The notes: a model not told the origin generated them from the sequence alone. A stretch of DNA of 64,000 nt from Candidatus Micrarchaeia archaeon (GCA_038871515.1 JAVZHX010000002.1:100641-164640), one strand, 5' to 3'. Shown: positions 1 to 9,557, counted from the first letter of the stretch. Made by a program: numbers and translations.

Positions 1-226
1 AAACATCGCTTTTCAGTTTCTCCCCAACAGCTATGCTCTGCCCAGTTATTCTGAGCAGCTTTCTTGCTTTTGCTGTTGGCTGGTCTGGCGATATAATTTT
101 TGAGTTTTTGAAAAATGAGCTTAGGGCTGAGGAGCTTCCAACCGCATCCAAGTCAGGAAGGGAGTGGATGAGCAGGATAACTCTCTTCTCTTTTATAGAT
201 TTGAGGAAGTTTGCCATTGACTGCAT
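1..226 (-). CDS. DHH-family phosphoesterase (NrnA/RecJ-like), 5' part only; runs off the window
   Basis: Not in the ORF track. Read manually from ATG at 226: MQSMANFLKSIKEKRVILLIHSLPDLDAVGSS..., containing the DHH motif I pattern H-x-x-P-D-x-D-A-x-G-S. Abuts prefoldin beta, as is common in this superoperon. Confidence 0.75.
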   Translation of the reverse strand, partial: MQSMANFLKSIKEKRVILLIHSLPDLDAVGSSSALSSFFKNSKIISPDQPTAKARKLLRITGQSIAVGEKLKSDV

Positions 227-571
227 TCACGCTGCACCCATCTCCCCTGCTGCTTTCTCTATTTTTGTTTTGAGCTCAACAAGCCTCTCCCTTATCTTCT
301 CCTCCTGCTTTCCAAGCACCCCCAATCTAACTTTCATTGTTTCCCTTCTCTCTTTCAGCTCATTCTCAACTTCCTCAAGAGAGGATTCAATGAGGAGGGA
401 GCCTGTGGATTTGTAGATTTTTCCCTTCGCGTTTTTCAACTCCTCAAGCGCATCATCAATCTCCTCAAGCTGTATTTTTATCTGCTGTTTCTGCACCAGT
501 ATCATCTGCATCTGATTCTGAGCAGTTTGGAATTCATTCAAATCATGCTCAACTTCCTTCGGCAGTTCCAT
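227..571 (-). CDS. pfdB: Prefoldin beta subunit
   Basis: 114 aa coiled-coil hairpin with the ALEEL...KIYKSTGSLLIE beta-hairpin; position in the exosome superoperon. Confidence 0.93.
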   Translation of the reverse strand: MELPKEVEHDLNEFQTAQNQMQMILVQKQQIKIQLEEIDDALEELKNAKGKIYKSTGSLLIESSLEEVENELKERRETMKVRLGVLGKQEEKIRERLVELKTKIEKAAGEMGAA

Positions 572-572
572 G

Positions 573-815
573 CTACACCTCCTTTTCCGTTATGTTTAAA
601 ACTGAGAGGATTGTGCTTAAAAGCCTTAGGTATGAGCTTGCAGTTGCCCTCAGCGCTGGGAAGCTTTCTGCCTCAATTGTTATCACTAATCTATTTTTCT
701 TAACCCTCATCTCGCTCCTGCTTTTTTTTCTGAAGCTGGTTTCCTGCTTGAGTGAATTTAAAGCTTTTTTTGCTGTGGAAGTGCTTGGGAAGTTTATTTC
801 CAGAATGCATTTCAT
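573..815 (-). CDS. pcc1: KEOPS complex subunit Pcc1
   Basis: 80 aa with RS...L.I.IEA...ALRA..SYLRL pattern; conserved neighbourhood. Confidence 0.88.
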   Translation of the reverse strand: MKCILEINFPSTSTAKKALNSLKQETSFRKKSRSEMRVKKNRLVITIEAESFPALRATASSYLRLLSTILSVLNITEKEV

Positions 816-1261
816 AGAATCAACTCAAGAAGTGGTTTTTTGTATGAAAAAATTATTTTCTTTGAATTGCTTTTCAGTTTGATGAACTCCTCCCCCTTAG
901 GCTGTGGAAAATCAAAAAGAGCTTCAAGCTCGTTTTTTCTTCTTCCACTCACCGCAAGCTCATCAGGAAGGTAGTTAGGTAGTTTGTATATTTTGAAGTT
1001 TGAAAGCGCAATTTCATCCTCAATCCACTTCCATGAATGCGCTTTTATTCGCATAAAGCACATTCTTGATGGAACTCCATGGGTTTCGTATACCAAAACC
1101 GCTCTGCTCTTTCCCAACACTCTTGCCCTTCTGAAAACCTGCTCTATGCTTTTTCTTCCTCTGCTCTCGTAAACTGAGTGCGGAAGGATGGAGGAGAGCG
1201 CTCTGCAGAGCTGCTTTGTTTTTTCTGATGGGTTTTTGCTTGTTGTTATGTAAACCCCCAT
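812..1261 (-). CDS. Brix/Imp4-domain ribosome biogenesis protein
   Basis: N-terminal ITTSKNPS..TK.LC..L and RGRKSI motifs; lies between rpoP and pcc1. Confidence 0.85.
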   Translation of the reverse strand: MGVYITTSKNPSEKTKQLCRALSSILPHSVYESRGRKSIEQVFRRARVLGKSRAVLVYETHGVPSRMCFMRIKAHSWKWIEDEIALSNFKIYKLPNYLPDELAVSGRRKNELEALFDFPQPKGEEFIKLKSNSKKIIFSYKKPLLELIL

Positions 1262-1393
1262 TTAGTCCGCCTTTACCTCTTTTGCTATTGGCTGTCTTTC
1301 CTTGAAAAGCACCCTGCAACCGCAGTATGGACATCTGACAAATGACTGATCCAAATCCTTAACAGTTTTTCTGCATTTCCAGCATTTGTACAT
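1262..1393 (-). CDS. rpoP: DNA-directed RNA polymerase subunit P (Rpo12), 43 aa
   Basis: Below the ORF-track cutoff. Manual translation MYKCWKCRKTVKDLDQSFVRCPYCGCRVLFKERQPIAKEVKAD* shows the CxxC...CPYC zinc ribbon and LFKER motif. Confidence 0.93.
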   Translation of the reverse strand: MYKCWKCRKTVKDLDQSFVRCPYCGCRVLFKERQPIAKEVKAD

Positions 1394-1397
1394 AAAA

Positions 1398-1637
1398 CTA
1401 CCTCTTTTTAGCATCAGATATTATTCTTGCCCCGCTCTCCCCAATTGTGGTGGTTAGGGAGTATGCACCTCCAGCGAATTTTGCGCCACAGGAGTTGCAT
1501 TTCCAAAGAGAGTAACCAGCTCTCTTAACGCTTTTTTTACCGCATTTTGGGCAGATGTATTTTGCAGTTCTCTGCTTATCCACAGCCTCCGCTCTTTTCC
1601 TGAGCTCAGCACCATAACGAACTCTTGCTTTCACCAT
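1398..1637 (-). CDS. rpl37ae: 50S ribosomal protein L37Ae (eL43)
   Basis: RYGAELRK, CPKC...WKCNSC zinc finger, FAGGAY. Confidence 0.95.
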   Translation of the reverse strand: MVKARVRYGAELRKRAEAVDKQRTAKYICPKCGKKSVKRAGYSLWKCNSCGAKFAGGAYSLTTTIGESGARIISDAKKR

Positions 1638-1646
1638 TCCCTCACC

Positions 1647-2426
1647 TCACTCCAGAAGCTTCCTAAGCTCATTTCCTTTTTCAAAAGATACATCAACAAG
1701 GTTTAAAAGCTCCTCCTTTGTGAAACTGCCTCTTCCCCCTTTCTGTATCGCGCATACGTATTCTGGTGTTGTTGCAATTGTCAGCCTGGAATCCGTTGCT
1801 TTCTCCTCATCAAGCCCAGGGTCAAGCACTATTGCGGAGTTTATTTTGGAGAAGGTGCAGGTGACAACTTTCTGGGTTACCTTCAGCCGTTCAGTTCTCT
1901 CATTTCTTATTAGCTGGTCTCCCTCAACCTTTGGCAGTTTTGTGTCAAGCAGAGCTGCCATAGCTGCAAGCGCTGACGCATCTATCAAATTTCCGTCGTG
2001 GTCAAGCACGTATATATCAACGTACACCATCAGAACTTTATCCTCCTCCAGGAAAAGGGAGGTTAAATCTATCGCATTGCTGCTTCGTATACCTCTGTCA
2101 ACAATTCTGGCAAGCTCAATCGCTCCCTCGTCAGGAGGGCCTGGCTCAAACGTTGGGGAGGCAAGTGGAAGCAGTTCAGCAGTTGTGGAGAGAACTCCCT
2201 CATCAGGTCTGTCCTTGAAAGGAGTTCCAAGCTCTATTTTGACTCCTGCAACTACCTGTGTTTTCCCAAGCTTCACCCTTGCGCTTCCCTCAGCAGAGTC
2301 AAAAATTCCCTTCTCAACGCTGCATGGTCTGTATTCAAAAAACCCCCTTTCATCCGGTCGTTTATTCCTCCTAATCAAATCAGTTACATAATCCTTTTTT
2401 ATTTCATCAAGTATTTCCATAATCAT
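1647..2426 (-). CDS. rrp42: Exosome subunit Rrp42
   Basis: RNase PH fold; GSARVKLGKT, FEPGPPDE, ELARIVDRGIR, DHDGNLIDA. Confidence 0.95.
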   Translation of the reverse strand: MIMEILDEIKKDYVTDLIRRNKRPDERGFFEYRPCSVEKGIFDSAEGSARVKLGKTQVVAGVKIELGTPFKDRPDEGVLSTTAELLPLASPTFEPGPPDEGAIELARIVDRGIRSSNAIDLTSLFLEEDKVLMVYVDIYVLDHDGNLIDASALAAMAALLDTKLPKVEGDQLIRNERTERLKVTQKVVTCTFSKINSAIVLDPGLDEEKATDSRLTIATTPEYVCAIQKGGRGSFTKEELLNLVDVSFEKGNELRKLLE

Positions 2427-3145
2427 CCCTCTACTTTTGTTGTGTAATGTGCTTTCAGCGCTTCCACTTGAAGCGCATTTATCTTTGGAATTGCTGACAG
2501 CGCAAGCTCAACTGCCTTCCTCAGCTCATCCTTTGTGAACATACCGTCCATTTGAAGCAGCAGAATCTCGTTGTTTCTTGGCGCTACTGCAATTGGCATA
2601 TCCCCGTCCCCGTAATTATCCTCAAGCTTTCCGAAGTCAAGCGCAATCTGATTTTCTATTTTCCCAACTGCCACAGCGCAAGGCAAATCCTTCATAGGTA
2701 TCCCTGCATCCGCAAGCGCAACTGCAGCAGCTGTTATTCCTGCGCATCTTGTCCCTCCATCTGCCTGAAGCACCTCTATGAAAATATCTATCGCGGTTTT
2801 TGGAAACCTCTCGGCAATCACAACATTCTCAAAAACTTCCTTTATCACCTTTGATATCTCTATGGATCTTCTGTTTGGACCGCTTCTCCCATGCTCGTCA
2901 AGAGTTGAGAACGGAGCCATGAGGTATCTGCAGTGTATAACCGCTCTGTATGGGTTTGCGTCATGCCTTGGGATGCACTCCCTCGGCCCGTAAACTGCTG
3001 CAAGTATTCTGTTGTTTCCCCACTCAACATACGCGGAGCCGTCTGCTTTGTTAAGAACGCCTGCTTGAATTTTCAATGGTCTTAGCTCATCCAACGCCCT
3101 TCCATCAATTCTTTTTCCATCAATAAGCAGTTTTGGTTTCTCCAT
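2423..3145 (-). CDS. rrp41: Exosome subunit Rrp41
   Basis: RIDGR, VYGPRE, RRSIEISK, QADGGTRCA, and catalytic ED..GDGDMP. Confidence 0.95.
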   Translation of the reverse strand: MEKPKLLIDGKRIDGRALDELRPLKIQAGVLNKADGSAYVEWGNNRILAAVYGPRECIPRHDANPYRAVIHCRYLMAPFSTLDEHGRSGPNRRSIEISKVIKEVFENVVIAERFPKTAIDIFIEVLQADGGTRCAGITAAAVALADAGIPMKDLPCAVAVGKIENQIALDFGKLEDNYGDGDMPIAVAPRNNEILLLQMDGMFTKDELRKAVELALSAIPKINALQVEALKAHYTTKVEG

Positions 3146-3151
3146 TCAACA

Positions 3152-3757
3152 TCACCTTCTTGCCTCCTCCCTCAGCAGAGCTTCTATCCTCTCGGTTAAA
3201 CCTGTTGTGTGCGCCTCCTTCTCAATTTTCAGTATCGCTCTTGCTGCAAGGGCGGAGTTTCCTCCCCTTATCCAAATTCTTCCGTTGTTTCCAACAATTA
3301 TCTCGCTTCCTGTTGCTTTCCTGAGAAGCTCAAGCATTGAGTTTTTCTTTCCTATCACCCTCGGTACCTTGGCAGGAGTTATCTCAACAATCTCACCCTC
3401 CCTGAGCTTTCTCGCGTTTTCAAGTATGATGTTTTTAACTTCGTCAACCTGCTTAACCTTTGCGGATATCACATCGCCAAGCTCATATTCATATCTTGAA
3501 TCCTTGGCTGGCAGAAAACCCTGGTAGGGAGAGTTTATGTCAACTGTGTAGCCGGCAAACTTCACCTCCTCCACAACGCCGACAACAATGTCATATAGAG
3601 AGGGAACGTAAACTCCCTCAAGAGGTATCAACCTGAAGCTGGTCTCATCAAACAAACCAAGAATGGATGAGTAGGTTTTTTCATTTTCAATATAAGCGAA
3701 GTTCGTCTTGCGAGGTGAATCCGCAAGAAGCTCTCCTGGAACAACCACTTTTGTCAT
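3152..3757 (-). CDS. rrp4: Exosome RNA-binding subunit Rrp4
   Basis: VVPGE N-terminus, S1 domain, KH motif VPRVIGKKNSM, GNNGRIW. Confidence 0.93.
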   Translation of the reverse strand: MTKVVVPGELLADSPRKTNFAYIENEKTYSSILGLFDETSFRLIPLEGVYVPSLYDIVVGVVEEVKFAGYTVDINSPYQGFLPAKDSRYEYELGDVISAKVKQVDEVKNIILENARKLREGEIVEITPAKVPRVIGKKNSMLELLRKATGSEIIVGNNGRIWIRGGNSALAARAILKIEKEAHTTGLTERIEALLREEARR

Positions 3758-3767
3758 GCGCTCACCT

Positions 3768-4460
3768 TTATTTTATAATTTTCGTCTCAACATTCCCGCT
3801 TGTTATCCTGTTTATTCTCTCGTAGAATTCCCCCTGAAGCCCTGCTGGCATCTCAACAACTGCTATGAGGGAGCCGTTTGACTGCCACTCCTCATTCTGC
3901 AGGTTGTATTCCTTCAAAGTTCCATATGCTCTTGGAGCGTATTCCGCAGGTATGCGAACCGCAATTTTCACTCTTTCAAATTTTATTGGGAGAATTGCCC
4001 TCAGCGAGTCTATAACTTCATCAAGCTGAGCTTCAGCGTCTTTGAATGGGTCAATATGAACTCTGCTCTCCTCCATCGCTTTCTCAATTCTCTGCGGAGG
4101 GTGGGGAGCACCGGTTCTTGGGTCAACGCACTCCCTCGCAAGAATTGAAACAATCTTCTTTCTCTTCTCCTCCATCATTTTTTTTCTTTGCTCTGTTGTT
4201 AGCTGAACCTCTCCTTTTCTGAGTATAATTTCTGCAATTTTCATAATGTCTGTTGTTCCAAATGCTTTCTTCAGTGCTTCTGAGGTTGGCCTCTCACCCT
4301 TTCTTGCATCTGTGAATATTTCCTCAACTGCAAGGAGGTTTGTCAAATCATTTTTCCTCCCAGTTTTGAATAGGTAAGCCAAGTCTGGGTCAACAAGTAT
4401 TTCAAATTTCTCCCCGTGCGTCTCCAAACGGGCTGTTATAGCCTTATCCAAGCTTACCAT
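3768..4460 (-). CDS. Ribosome maturation factor SBDS/Sdo1
   Basis: FEILVDPD, AFGTTD, QLTTEQR, DPRTGAPHPPQRIE motifs; start placed at ATG 4460. Confidence 0.93.
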   Translation of the reverse strand: MVSLDKAITARLETHGEKFEILVDPDLAYLFKTGRKNDLTNLLAVEEIFTDARKGERPTSEALKKAFGTTDIMKIAEIILRKGEVQLTTEQRKKMMEEKRKKIVSILARECVDPRTGAPHPPQRIEKAMEESRVHIDPFKDAEAQLDEVIDSLRAILPIKFERVKIAVRIPAEYAPRAYGTLKEYNLQNEEWQSNGSLIAVVEMPAGLQGEFYERINRITSGNVETKIIK

Positions 4461-4473
4461 AAAAAACACGCAA

Positions 4474-5184
4474 CTAGGCTTTGGAGAGGTATCTGCTCAC
4501 TTCTTCATCAGAGAATATCTTGAGCTTTCTGTCCTTCCCTATTTTTGCAATATCAAGGTTCTCTGGTTTTAGTTTTGAATCAGTTGTTTTTTTGAGCGCG
4601 CGAACAGCGAGGCTCACCGCATCCTCAAAGTTAATTTTCTCGCTGTACTCCTTCTCAAAGAACTCGTCAACCTCTTTCTTACCGCTTCCGATTGCAATTG
4701 CTTTGTAACCAGTCAGAGCACCGCTGGGCTCTGCTTCATATACTTTTGGCGCAGTGTCAAACCCGGCGATGAGAAGTGAAACTCCAAAGGGCCTTATTCC
4801 ACCGTATTGGGTGTATATCTGCATTGTATCGCAAAGATGTCTTGAGACTGATTCAACAGGAATTGGTTCGTTGTACAGCAGCCTGTGCTTGTGAGCTTCA
4901 TACCTTGCTAAATCAACAAGCCTCCTTGCATCGGCAACAAGCCCCGAGGCAGTTATCGCGATATGGTCATCTACTCTGAATATTTTTTTCATTGATTCTG
5001 GCACAAGCAGATTTGAAACAATGTTTTTGTGCGCAACAAGTATCGCTGCATCAGTGCAGACAATTCCTATTGCTGTTGCACCTCTTTTTACAGCTTCCTT
5101 CGCATACTCAACCTGAAAGAGCCTTCCATCAGGGCTGAATACTGTTATGGCTCGGTCGTATGCTTGGGGAGAAACCGGATACAT
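4474..5184 (-). CDS. psmA: Proteasome alpha subunit
   Basis: YDRAITVFSPDGRLFQVEYA signature, RPFGVSLL. Confidence 0.97.
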   Translation of the reverse strand: MYPVSPQAYDRAITVFSPDGRLFQVEYAKEAVKRGATAIGIVCTDAAILVAHKNIVSNLLVPESMKKIFRVDDHIAITASGLVADARRLVDLARYEAHKHRLLYNEPIPVESVSRHLCDTMQIYTQYGGIRPFGVSLLIAGFDTAPKVYEAEPSGALTGYKAIAIGSGKKEVDEFFEKEYSEKINFEDAVSLAVRALKKTTDSKLKPENLDIAKIGKDRKLKIFSDEEVSRYLSKA

Positions 5185-5251
5185 AAATTCACCTCTTCTC
5201 TCACGCTACGGGTAGTAATTCACATCTAAGATTTAAAATACTTGTAGTTCA

Positions 5252-5276
5252 GGTTACTATGTAACCATGGTTACAT
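5252..5276. promoter_or_regulatory. Palindromic operator-like element upstream of the psmA promoter
   Basis: Perfect 18-bp palindrome ATGTAACCATGGTTACAT (5259-5276) plus a third GGTTAC at 5252-5257, just upstream of a minus-strand TATA-like box at about 5231-5240. Confidence 0.5.
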
Positions 5277-5573
5277 TCTGCTCCTCATCCCAGAAACCCT
5301 GAGAATGCGGATGCAGCCTGGCTTCCCTTTTATTCTATCAACAAGAGCCAACGCAGCCTTCACTTTCTGCACTTCTGAATGGGAGCAGAGGATAACTGCT
5401 TCATTATTTTTGAACTCAACCAACCTTGGGTTTGCTTTTGAGAAGCCAAGCTCGCCCAAAAATGAAAGAACCGCATTATCCACAGCTTCCCTTGCTTCTC
5501 TCTCGCTAACCTCCTCTCCCTCAAACCTAACCTTAACATACCTCCTTCTCTCCTTCATTGTAGGCTTTATCAT
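5271..5573 (-). CDS. rnp2: RNase P protein component Pop5 (Rpp14/Pop5)
   Basis: PTMKERRRY, FLGELG, RVSG motifs; adjacent to Rpp30. Confidence 0.9.
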   Translation of the reverse strand: MIKPTMKERRRYVKVRFEGEEVSEREAREAVDNAVLSFLGELGFSKANPRLVEFKNNEAVILCSHSEVQKVKAALALVDRIKGKPGCIRILRVSGMRSRM

Positions 5574-6124
5574 CCAACCCTCTCCAGCACATACTCAGGG
5601 ACAACAGATATTGAGCTGACTGCTTTATCATGCGATAAACCAAGCATCTCCCCTATCGCAATTAACTCAGAAGGTGATTTCATAAGAAACTTTGAGGAAG
5701 CGCCACTGGTTATCACAAAATCCGCAGATAGTTTCTCGCATATTTTTATGAAAAAACCTATTTTTGAAATCACCAAACCTCTCTCAACCCCCTTCCTTCC
5801 TATTATAAGTGAAACAGGAATCTCAAATGGTTTCTTATTTTCAGCAGCAACTCTGATAAGCCCAACATCTGGAAGAAATTTTGGAAAGAACAACAAATCC
5901 GCATCTCTTCTGCACGCTTTCTTCAAAAGCTCTGGCTTATCAGATGAAAAAAGAACAACCTTCCCGCTTTTTCTGAACTTCAAATCACCAGGGTTTCTCC
6001 CAAGTATCTCAACACCATTCCCTCCATGAGAGAAGCAACAGATTTTTTTAAACCCAAGCTTATTCGCATAACTCTCCAAACTATCCTCCCAGAAGCGCAC
6101 ACCCACATCGTAATAATCTGGCAT
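5570..6124 (-). CDS. rnp3: RNase P protein component Rpp30
   Basis: C-terminal FEIP...VITSGA.S...MKSP.EL...LGL pattern; start placed at ATG 6124. Confidence 0.8.
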   Translation of the reverse strand: MPDYYDVGVRFWEDSLESYANKLGFKKICCFSHGGNGVEILGRNPGDLKFRKSGKVVLFSSDKPELLKKACRRDADLLFFPKFLPDVGLIRVAAENKKPFEIPVSLIIGRKGVERGLVISKIGFFIKICEKLSADFVITSGASSKFLMKSPSELIAIGEMLGLSHDKAVSSISVVPEYVLERVG

Positions 6125-6131
6125 GGGAAAC

Positions 6132-7037
6132 TCACTTCTCATGGAAAAGGGTGAAAACAACCTCGTTGAACTTCTTCGGATACTGCATTTTCAGAGTTGA
6201 ATAAACTGCTCGGAACACATCTCTCTCAGTGATTATTCCCATCAACCTATCTCCCTTCACAACAGGGAAACCACCCACTCTTTTTTTCTTGAAAAGCGTG
6301 ATTACCTCACCCAAATCCAGCTCCTCGTCAACCACATATACATCAGTGCTCATCACGTTGCTCGCAACCTCGCTGAGTATCACATCTGCTTTTGACGTAT
6401 GAAACTTCGCAAACTCCGCATCGCTTATGAATTTCAGTATATCATACGAGCGAACCATTCCCTTTATCTTATGCTCGCTCACAACAGGCAGCCTCCTGAG
6501 CTGATTCGCGCACATTATCCTCGTCGCATCCTTTATCGCGGTGTTTGGCGTTATCGTTATAACCTTCTTGCTCATCGCATTCCTTGCTGGGAAGTTGAAT
6601 TTCTCCCCAGCAAGAGGACGTATGAAATCCTGCTCAGTCACCATACCAACAATCTTCGCTTCCTTATTGAGTATTGGCATTCCGCCAAAGTATTGATACA
6701 GTATCTTATCTGCAACAGAGGCAACCGGCTCATCCTCATTCACAAAGAAAACGTTTGTTGTCATAATTTTTGAGGTTGGCGCATTTATTCCGCTGAGAAA
6801 GTTTCCCTTATAATCCCTCTCCATTATCAGATACTTCTCCCCCCCTCCAAAGTAGTTTATCAAATCCGTGCTTGTCACAATTCCCTTCACGTGGTTGAGC
6901 ACATCAACTATCGGTATCTTTCTCTTCCCAGTCCTCATCATCAAATCGCATAATGCTTTCACAGGAGTGCCTGGCGCGGTTGTTATAACCTCCTTTGTTG
7001 CTATATCAATAATCCTTCTTCTTTTACTCACCCACAT
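6132..7037 (-). CDS. Tandem CBS-domain protein (four CBS repeats)
   Basis: Repeated [RG]x[ILM]P[IV]V...G[IM][VI]T..D motifs. Confidence 0.88.
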   Translation of the reverse strand: MWVSKRRRIIDIATKEVITTAPGTPVKALCDLMMRTGKRKIPIVDVLNHVKGIVTSTDLINYFGGGEKYLIMERDYKGNFLSGINAPTSKIMTTNVFFVNEDEPVASVADKILYQYFGGMPILNKEAKIVGMVTEQDFIRPLAGEKFNFPARNAMSKKVITITPNTAIKDATRIMCANQLRRLPVVSEHKIKGMVRSYDILKFISDAEFAKFHTSKADVILSEVASNVMSTDVYVVDEELDLGEVITLFKKKRVGGFPVVKGDRLMGIITERDVFRAVYSTLKMQYPKKFNEVVFTLFHEK

Positions 7038-7050
7038 TCAAAAACCTCCT

Positions 7051-7554
7051 TCAACCTCTTCCCTTTTTACCTGCGCTGGTGAGCCCTCTGTACGCTCTTC
7101 CCCTCTGCTCCGCAATCCAAGAGATTGACCTGTCATTTTTTACAACAGGGTGCTCGGGATCAACCAGAATTACCTCAAAGTATTTGTTCCTTCCATCCTC
7201 CCCTACCCAATAGGAGTTAAGAACCTCAAGATTTGGGAACTTTGAAGCTGCTCTCTCCTCAGCAATTCTCTGCAGTGATTTTCCGGGTGACATAAACCTT
7301 CCCGACTTTGAAGGCTTTCTTCCCAAATCTGGCTTCTCCCTCTTCCTCCTCCCTCTCCCAACTCTCACCCTTGCAACAACAAACCCCTGCTTTGCTTTAT
7401 AACCGAGCTCCCTTGCCCTGGCGATGTTTGTTGGTTTATTCACTCTTTCAACAACAGAGCCTTTCCTCCACTCAATTAACCTCTTTCTGTAAATCTCTGA
7501 GCGCTCCTTTCTCTCCTTCTCAAATGCTCTCTTCACCAGCTTATAGAATCCCAT
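7051..7554 (-). CDS. rpl15e: 50S ribosomal protein L15e
   Basis: [36 protein letters not shown]. Confidence 0.96.
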   Translation of the reverse strand: MGFYKLVKRAFEKERKERSEIYRKRLIEWRKGSVVERVNKPTNIARARELGYKAKQGFVVARVRVGRGRRKREKPDLGRKPSKSGRFMSPGKSLQRIAEERAASKFPNLEVLNSYWVGEDGRNKYFEVILVDPEHPVVKNDRSISWIAEQRGRAYRGLTSAGKKGRG

Positions 7555-7620
7555 AACAATACCTCTTCAAAAAAACCTCCTGCTATTCTTTTTAAGGTGT
7601 AATATATATTAAACTGACGT

Positions 7621-7824
7621 ATGGCAAGCTTGAGAGTGAAGGTTAACGGGAGATACATAAAGGTGAAGTTAAGAAAAGGAATGAGGGTAATTGACGTGAT
7701 GCGGGAGCTTGGGGTTAACAGGGAAACGCACCTTGCAAAGAAGAACGGCAAGCTTGTTTCTGAGTTGGAGGATGTTTCAGAGAAAGATAAAATTGGGATA
7801 TTTGGTGTTGTGTATGGCGGTTAA
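7621..7824 (+). CDS. Ubiquitin-like sulfur carrier (ThiS/MoaD/SAMP2-like)
   Basis: 67 aa beta-grasp-like sequence ending in VYGG; overlaps the downstream tRNA thiolase. Confidence 0.85.
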   Translation: MASLRVKVNGRYIKVKLRKGMRVIDVMRELGVNRETHLAKKNGKLVSELEDVSEKDKIGIFGVVYGG

Positions 7825-8737
7825 ATGTTCGAGATGCAGCGGTAATGCAGTGATTTATCTGCCGTATGGAAATGAAAATCTTTGCAGGAAGCACTTTGTT
7901 GAAAGCTATGAAAGAAGGGTTATGAGAGCTGTGCGCGAGTTCAGGATGATAAAGAAAGGTGATAGAATTGGAGCTGCTGTTTCAGGTGGCAAGGACAGCT
8001 TGTCAATGCTTCACATTTTAAAGAAAATATGCGACAGCATGAGAGTTGAGCTTGTTGCTTTGTCTGTTGATGAGGGAATCAAGGGATATAGGGAGAAAAC
8101 TCTGAAGGTTGCAAGGGAGAACTGCAAAAAGCTTGAAGTTGAACACAGGGTGCTTTCATTCAAAAAGGAAATTGGTGTAACCGTTGATGAAATTTCAAAG
8201 AAGAAGGAGAGGATGAGGACGTGCAGCTACTGCGGTGTTTTCAGGAGATGGATTTTGAACAAAGCTGCAAGGGAGATGGAACTGAATAAACTTGCTGTTG
8301 GGCACAACCTTGACGACACCGCGCAGTCAATTCTTATGAACTTTCTAAGAAACGAGCCGTTCAGGCTTGCAAGGTTAGGGCCTGCTGGCGGAATAATTGA
8401 GGATGAGTTCTTCGTTGATAGAATAAAACCACTTATGATGATTCCTGAGAGGGAGAGCGCGGTTTACTCAATAATAAAAGGAATGAATGTTGAATTTGGA
8501 AGATGCCCCTACGCTCATGAGGCATTCAGAAGTAGGGTGAGGGTTTTTCTGAATGAGCTTGAGGAGGAGTTCCCCGGGACAAAATTCAGAGTTGTTAACA
8601 GCTTTATGAGTTTAAAAAACTCAATTGAAAAACAATTCAGAACAAATGAAAAACCAGTAAAATGCAGGGAGTGCGGGGAACTGAGCTCGCAGGAAATTTG
8701 CATGAGATGCAAGATGCTGAAAGAGTTGACAGTATAA
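7814..8737 (+). CDS. tRNA 2-thiolation protein (TtuA/NcsA/Ctu1 family)
   Basis: N-terminal CxxC...CxxH, PP-loop SGGKDS, CSYCGVFRR, GHNLDD, CPY, C-terminal CxxC..CxxC; true start is ATG 7814. Confidence 0.93.
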   Translation: MAVKCSRCSGNAVIYLPYGNENLCRKHFVESYERRVMRAVREFRMIKKGDRIGAAVSGGKDSLSMLHILKKICDSMRVELVALSVDEGIKGYREKTLKVARENCKKLEVEHRVLSFKKEIGVTVDEISKKKERMRTCSYCGVFRRWILNKAAREMELNKLAVGHNLDDTAQSILMNFLRNEPFRLARLGPAGGIIEDEFFVDRIKPLMMIPERESAVYSIIKGMNVEFGRCPYAHEAFRSRVRVFLNELEEEFPGTKFRVVNSFMSLKNSIEKQFRTNEKPVKCRECGELSSQEICMRCKMLKELTV

Positions 8738-8767
8738 TTTTATATAGCGCAGCGTAGTAATTGTTTT

Positions 8768-9556
8768 ATGAGCGTTTACTTTGAGCGTAGTGGGATTAAG
8801 ATTATTAATGATGATTTTCTTTCAACCAAAATCATTGAACCAAATAGCATAGACCTTATAGTAACCTCCCCCCCGTATAATATTGACATCCACTATGGGG
8901 AGTATAAGGATGACCTTCCTTATGAAAAGTATTTTGAGTTCTCAAAAAAATGGATAAGCAAAGCATATGAGCTTGCAAAACCAACTGGCAGATTCTGCCT
9001 TAACATCCCCCTGGATAAAAATAAGGGTGGGCAGAAGAGTGTCTATGCAGATATCACTGAGATAGCAAAGGAAGTGGGTTGGAAGTATCAATCCACAATA
9101 GTTTGGAATGAAGGGAATATCTCAAGAAGAACTGCGTGGGGCTCGTGGCTATCAGCAAAAGCACCATATGTGATAGCACCTGTTGAGATGATTGTTGTTC
9201 TTTATAAAGAGAAGTGGAATAAAATGAAATCCGGCAAGTCGGATATTAAAAAAGAGGAGTTTATTGAGTGGACAAGCGGAGTTTGGAATTTTTCTGGTGA
9301 AAGCAAGAAGATTGGTCACCCAGCACCATTCCCCGTTGAACTACCAAGAAGATGTATAAAGCTTTTCTCATACGTTGGCGATTTAATTTTAGACCCCTTC
9401 CTGGGCTCAGGAACAACTCTCGTCGCAGCGTACATGCTCAGACGCAAAGCGATTGGTGTAGAGATTGATAGAGGATATTGTGAGCTGGCTAAAAAAAGGC
9501 TTATTGAAGAAGCTAATATCTACAACAAACTGCTTTTTGAAGAAGGAGCAGATTGA
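8768..9556 (+). CDS. Amino-DNA methyltransferase, beta class (probably N4-cytosine)
   Basis: Catalytic TSPPY precedes HPAPFP and SAM-binding DPFLGSGTT. Confidence 0.92.
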   Translation: MSVYFERSGIKIINDDFLSTKIIEPNSIDLIVTSPPYNIDIHYGEYKDDLPYEKYFEFSKKWISKAYELAKPTGRFCLNIPLDKNKGGQKSVYADITEIAKEVGWKYQSTIVWNEGNISRRTAWGSWLSAKAPYVIAPVEMIVVLYKEKWNKMKSGKSDIKKEEFIEWTSGVWNFSGESKKIGHPAPFPVELPRRCIKLFSYVGDLILDPFLGSGTTLVAAYMLRRKAIGVEIDRGYCELAKKRLIEEANIYNKLLFEEGAD

Positions 9557-9557
9557 T

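Noticed and set aside
1720..2391. Long antisense ORFs over core genes (also 40274-40876, 57855-58457, 63200-63865)
   Set aside because: They mirror well-supported genes and give Ser/Phe/Leu-rich translations typical of the reverse of Glu/Lys-rich genes.
7709..7813. N-terminal extensions given by the ORF track (also 9465, 35799, 49983, 60669, 62253)
   Set aside because: They overlap upstream genes; family-typical starts lie downstream. I saw no evidence for frameshift fusion.
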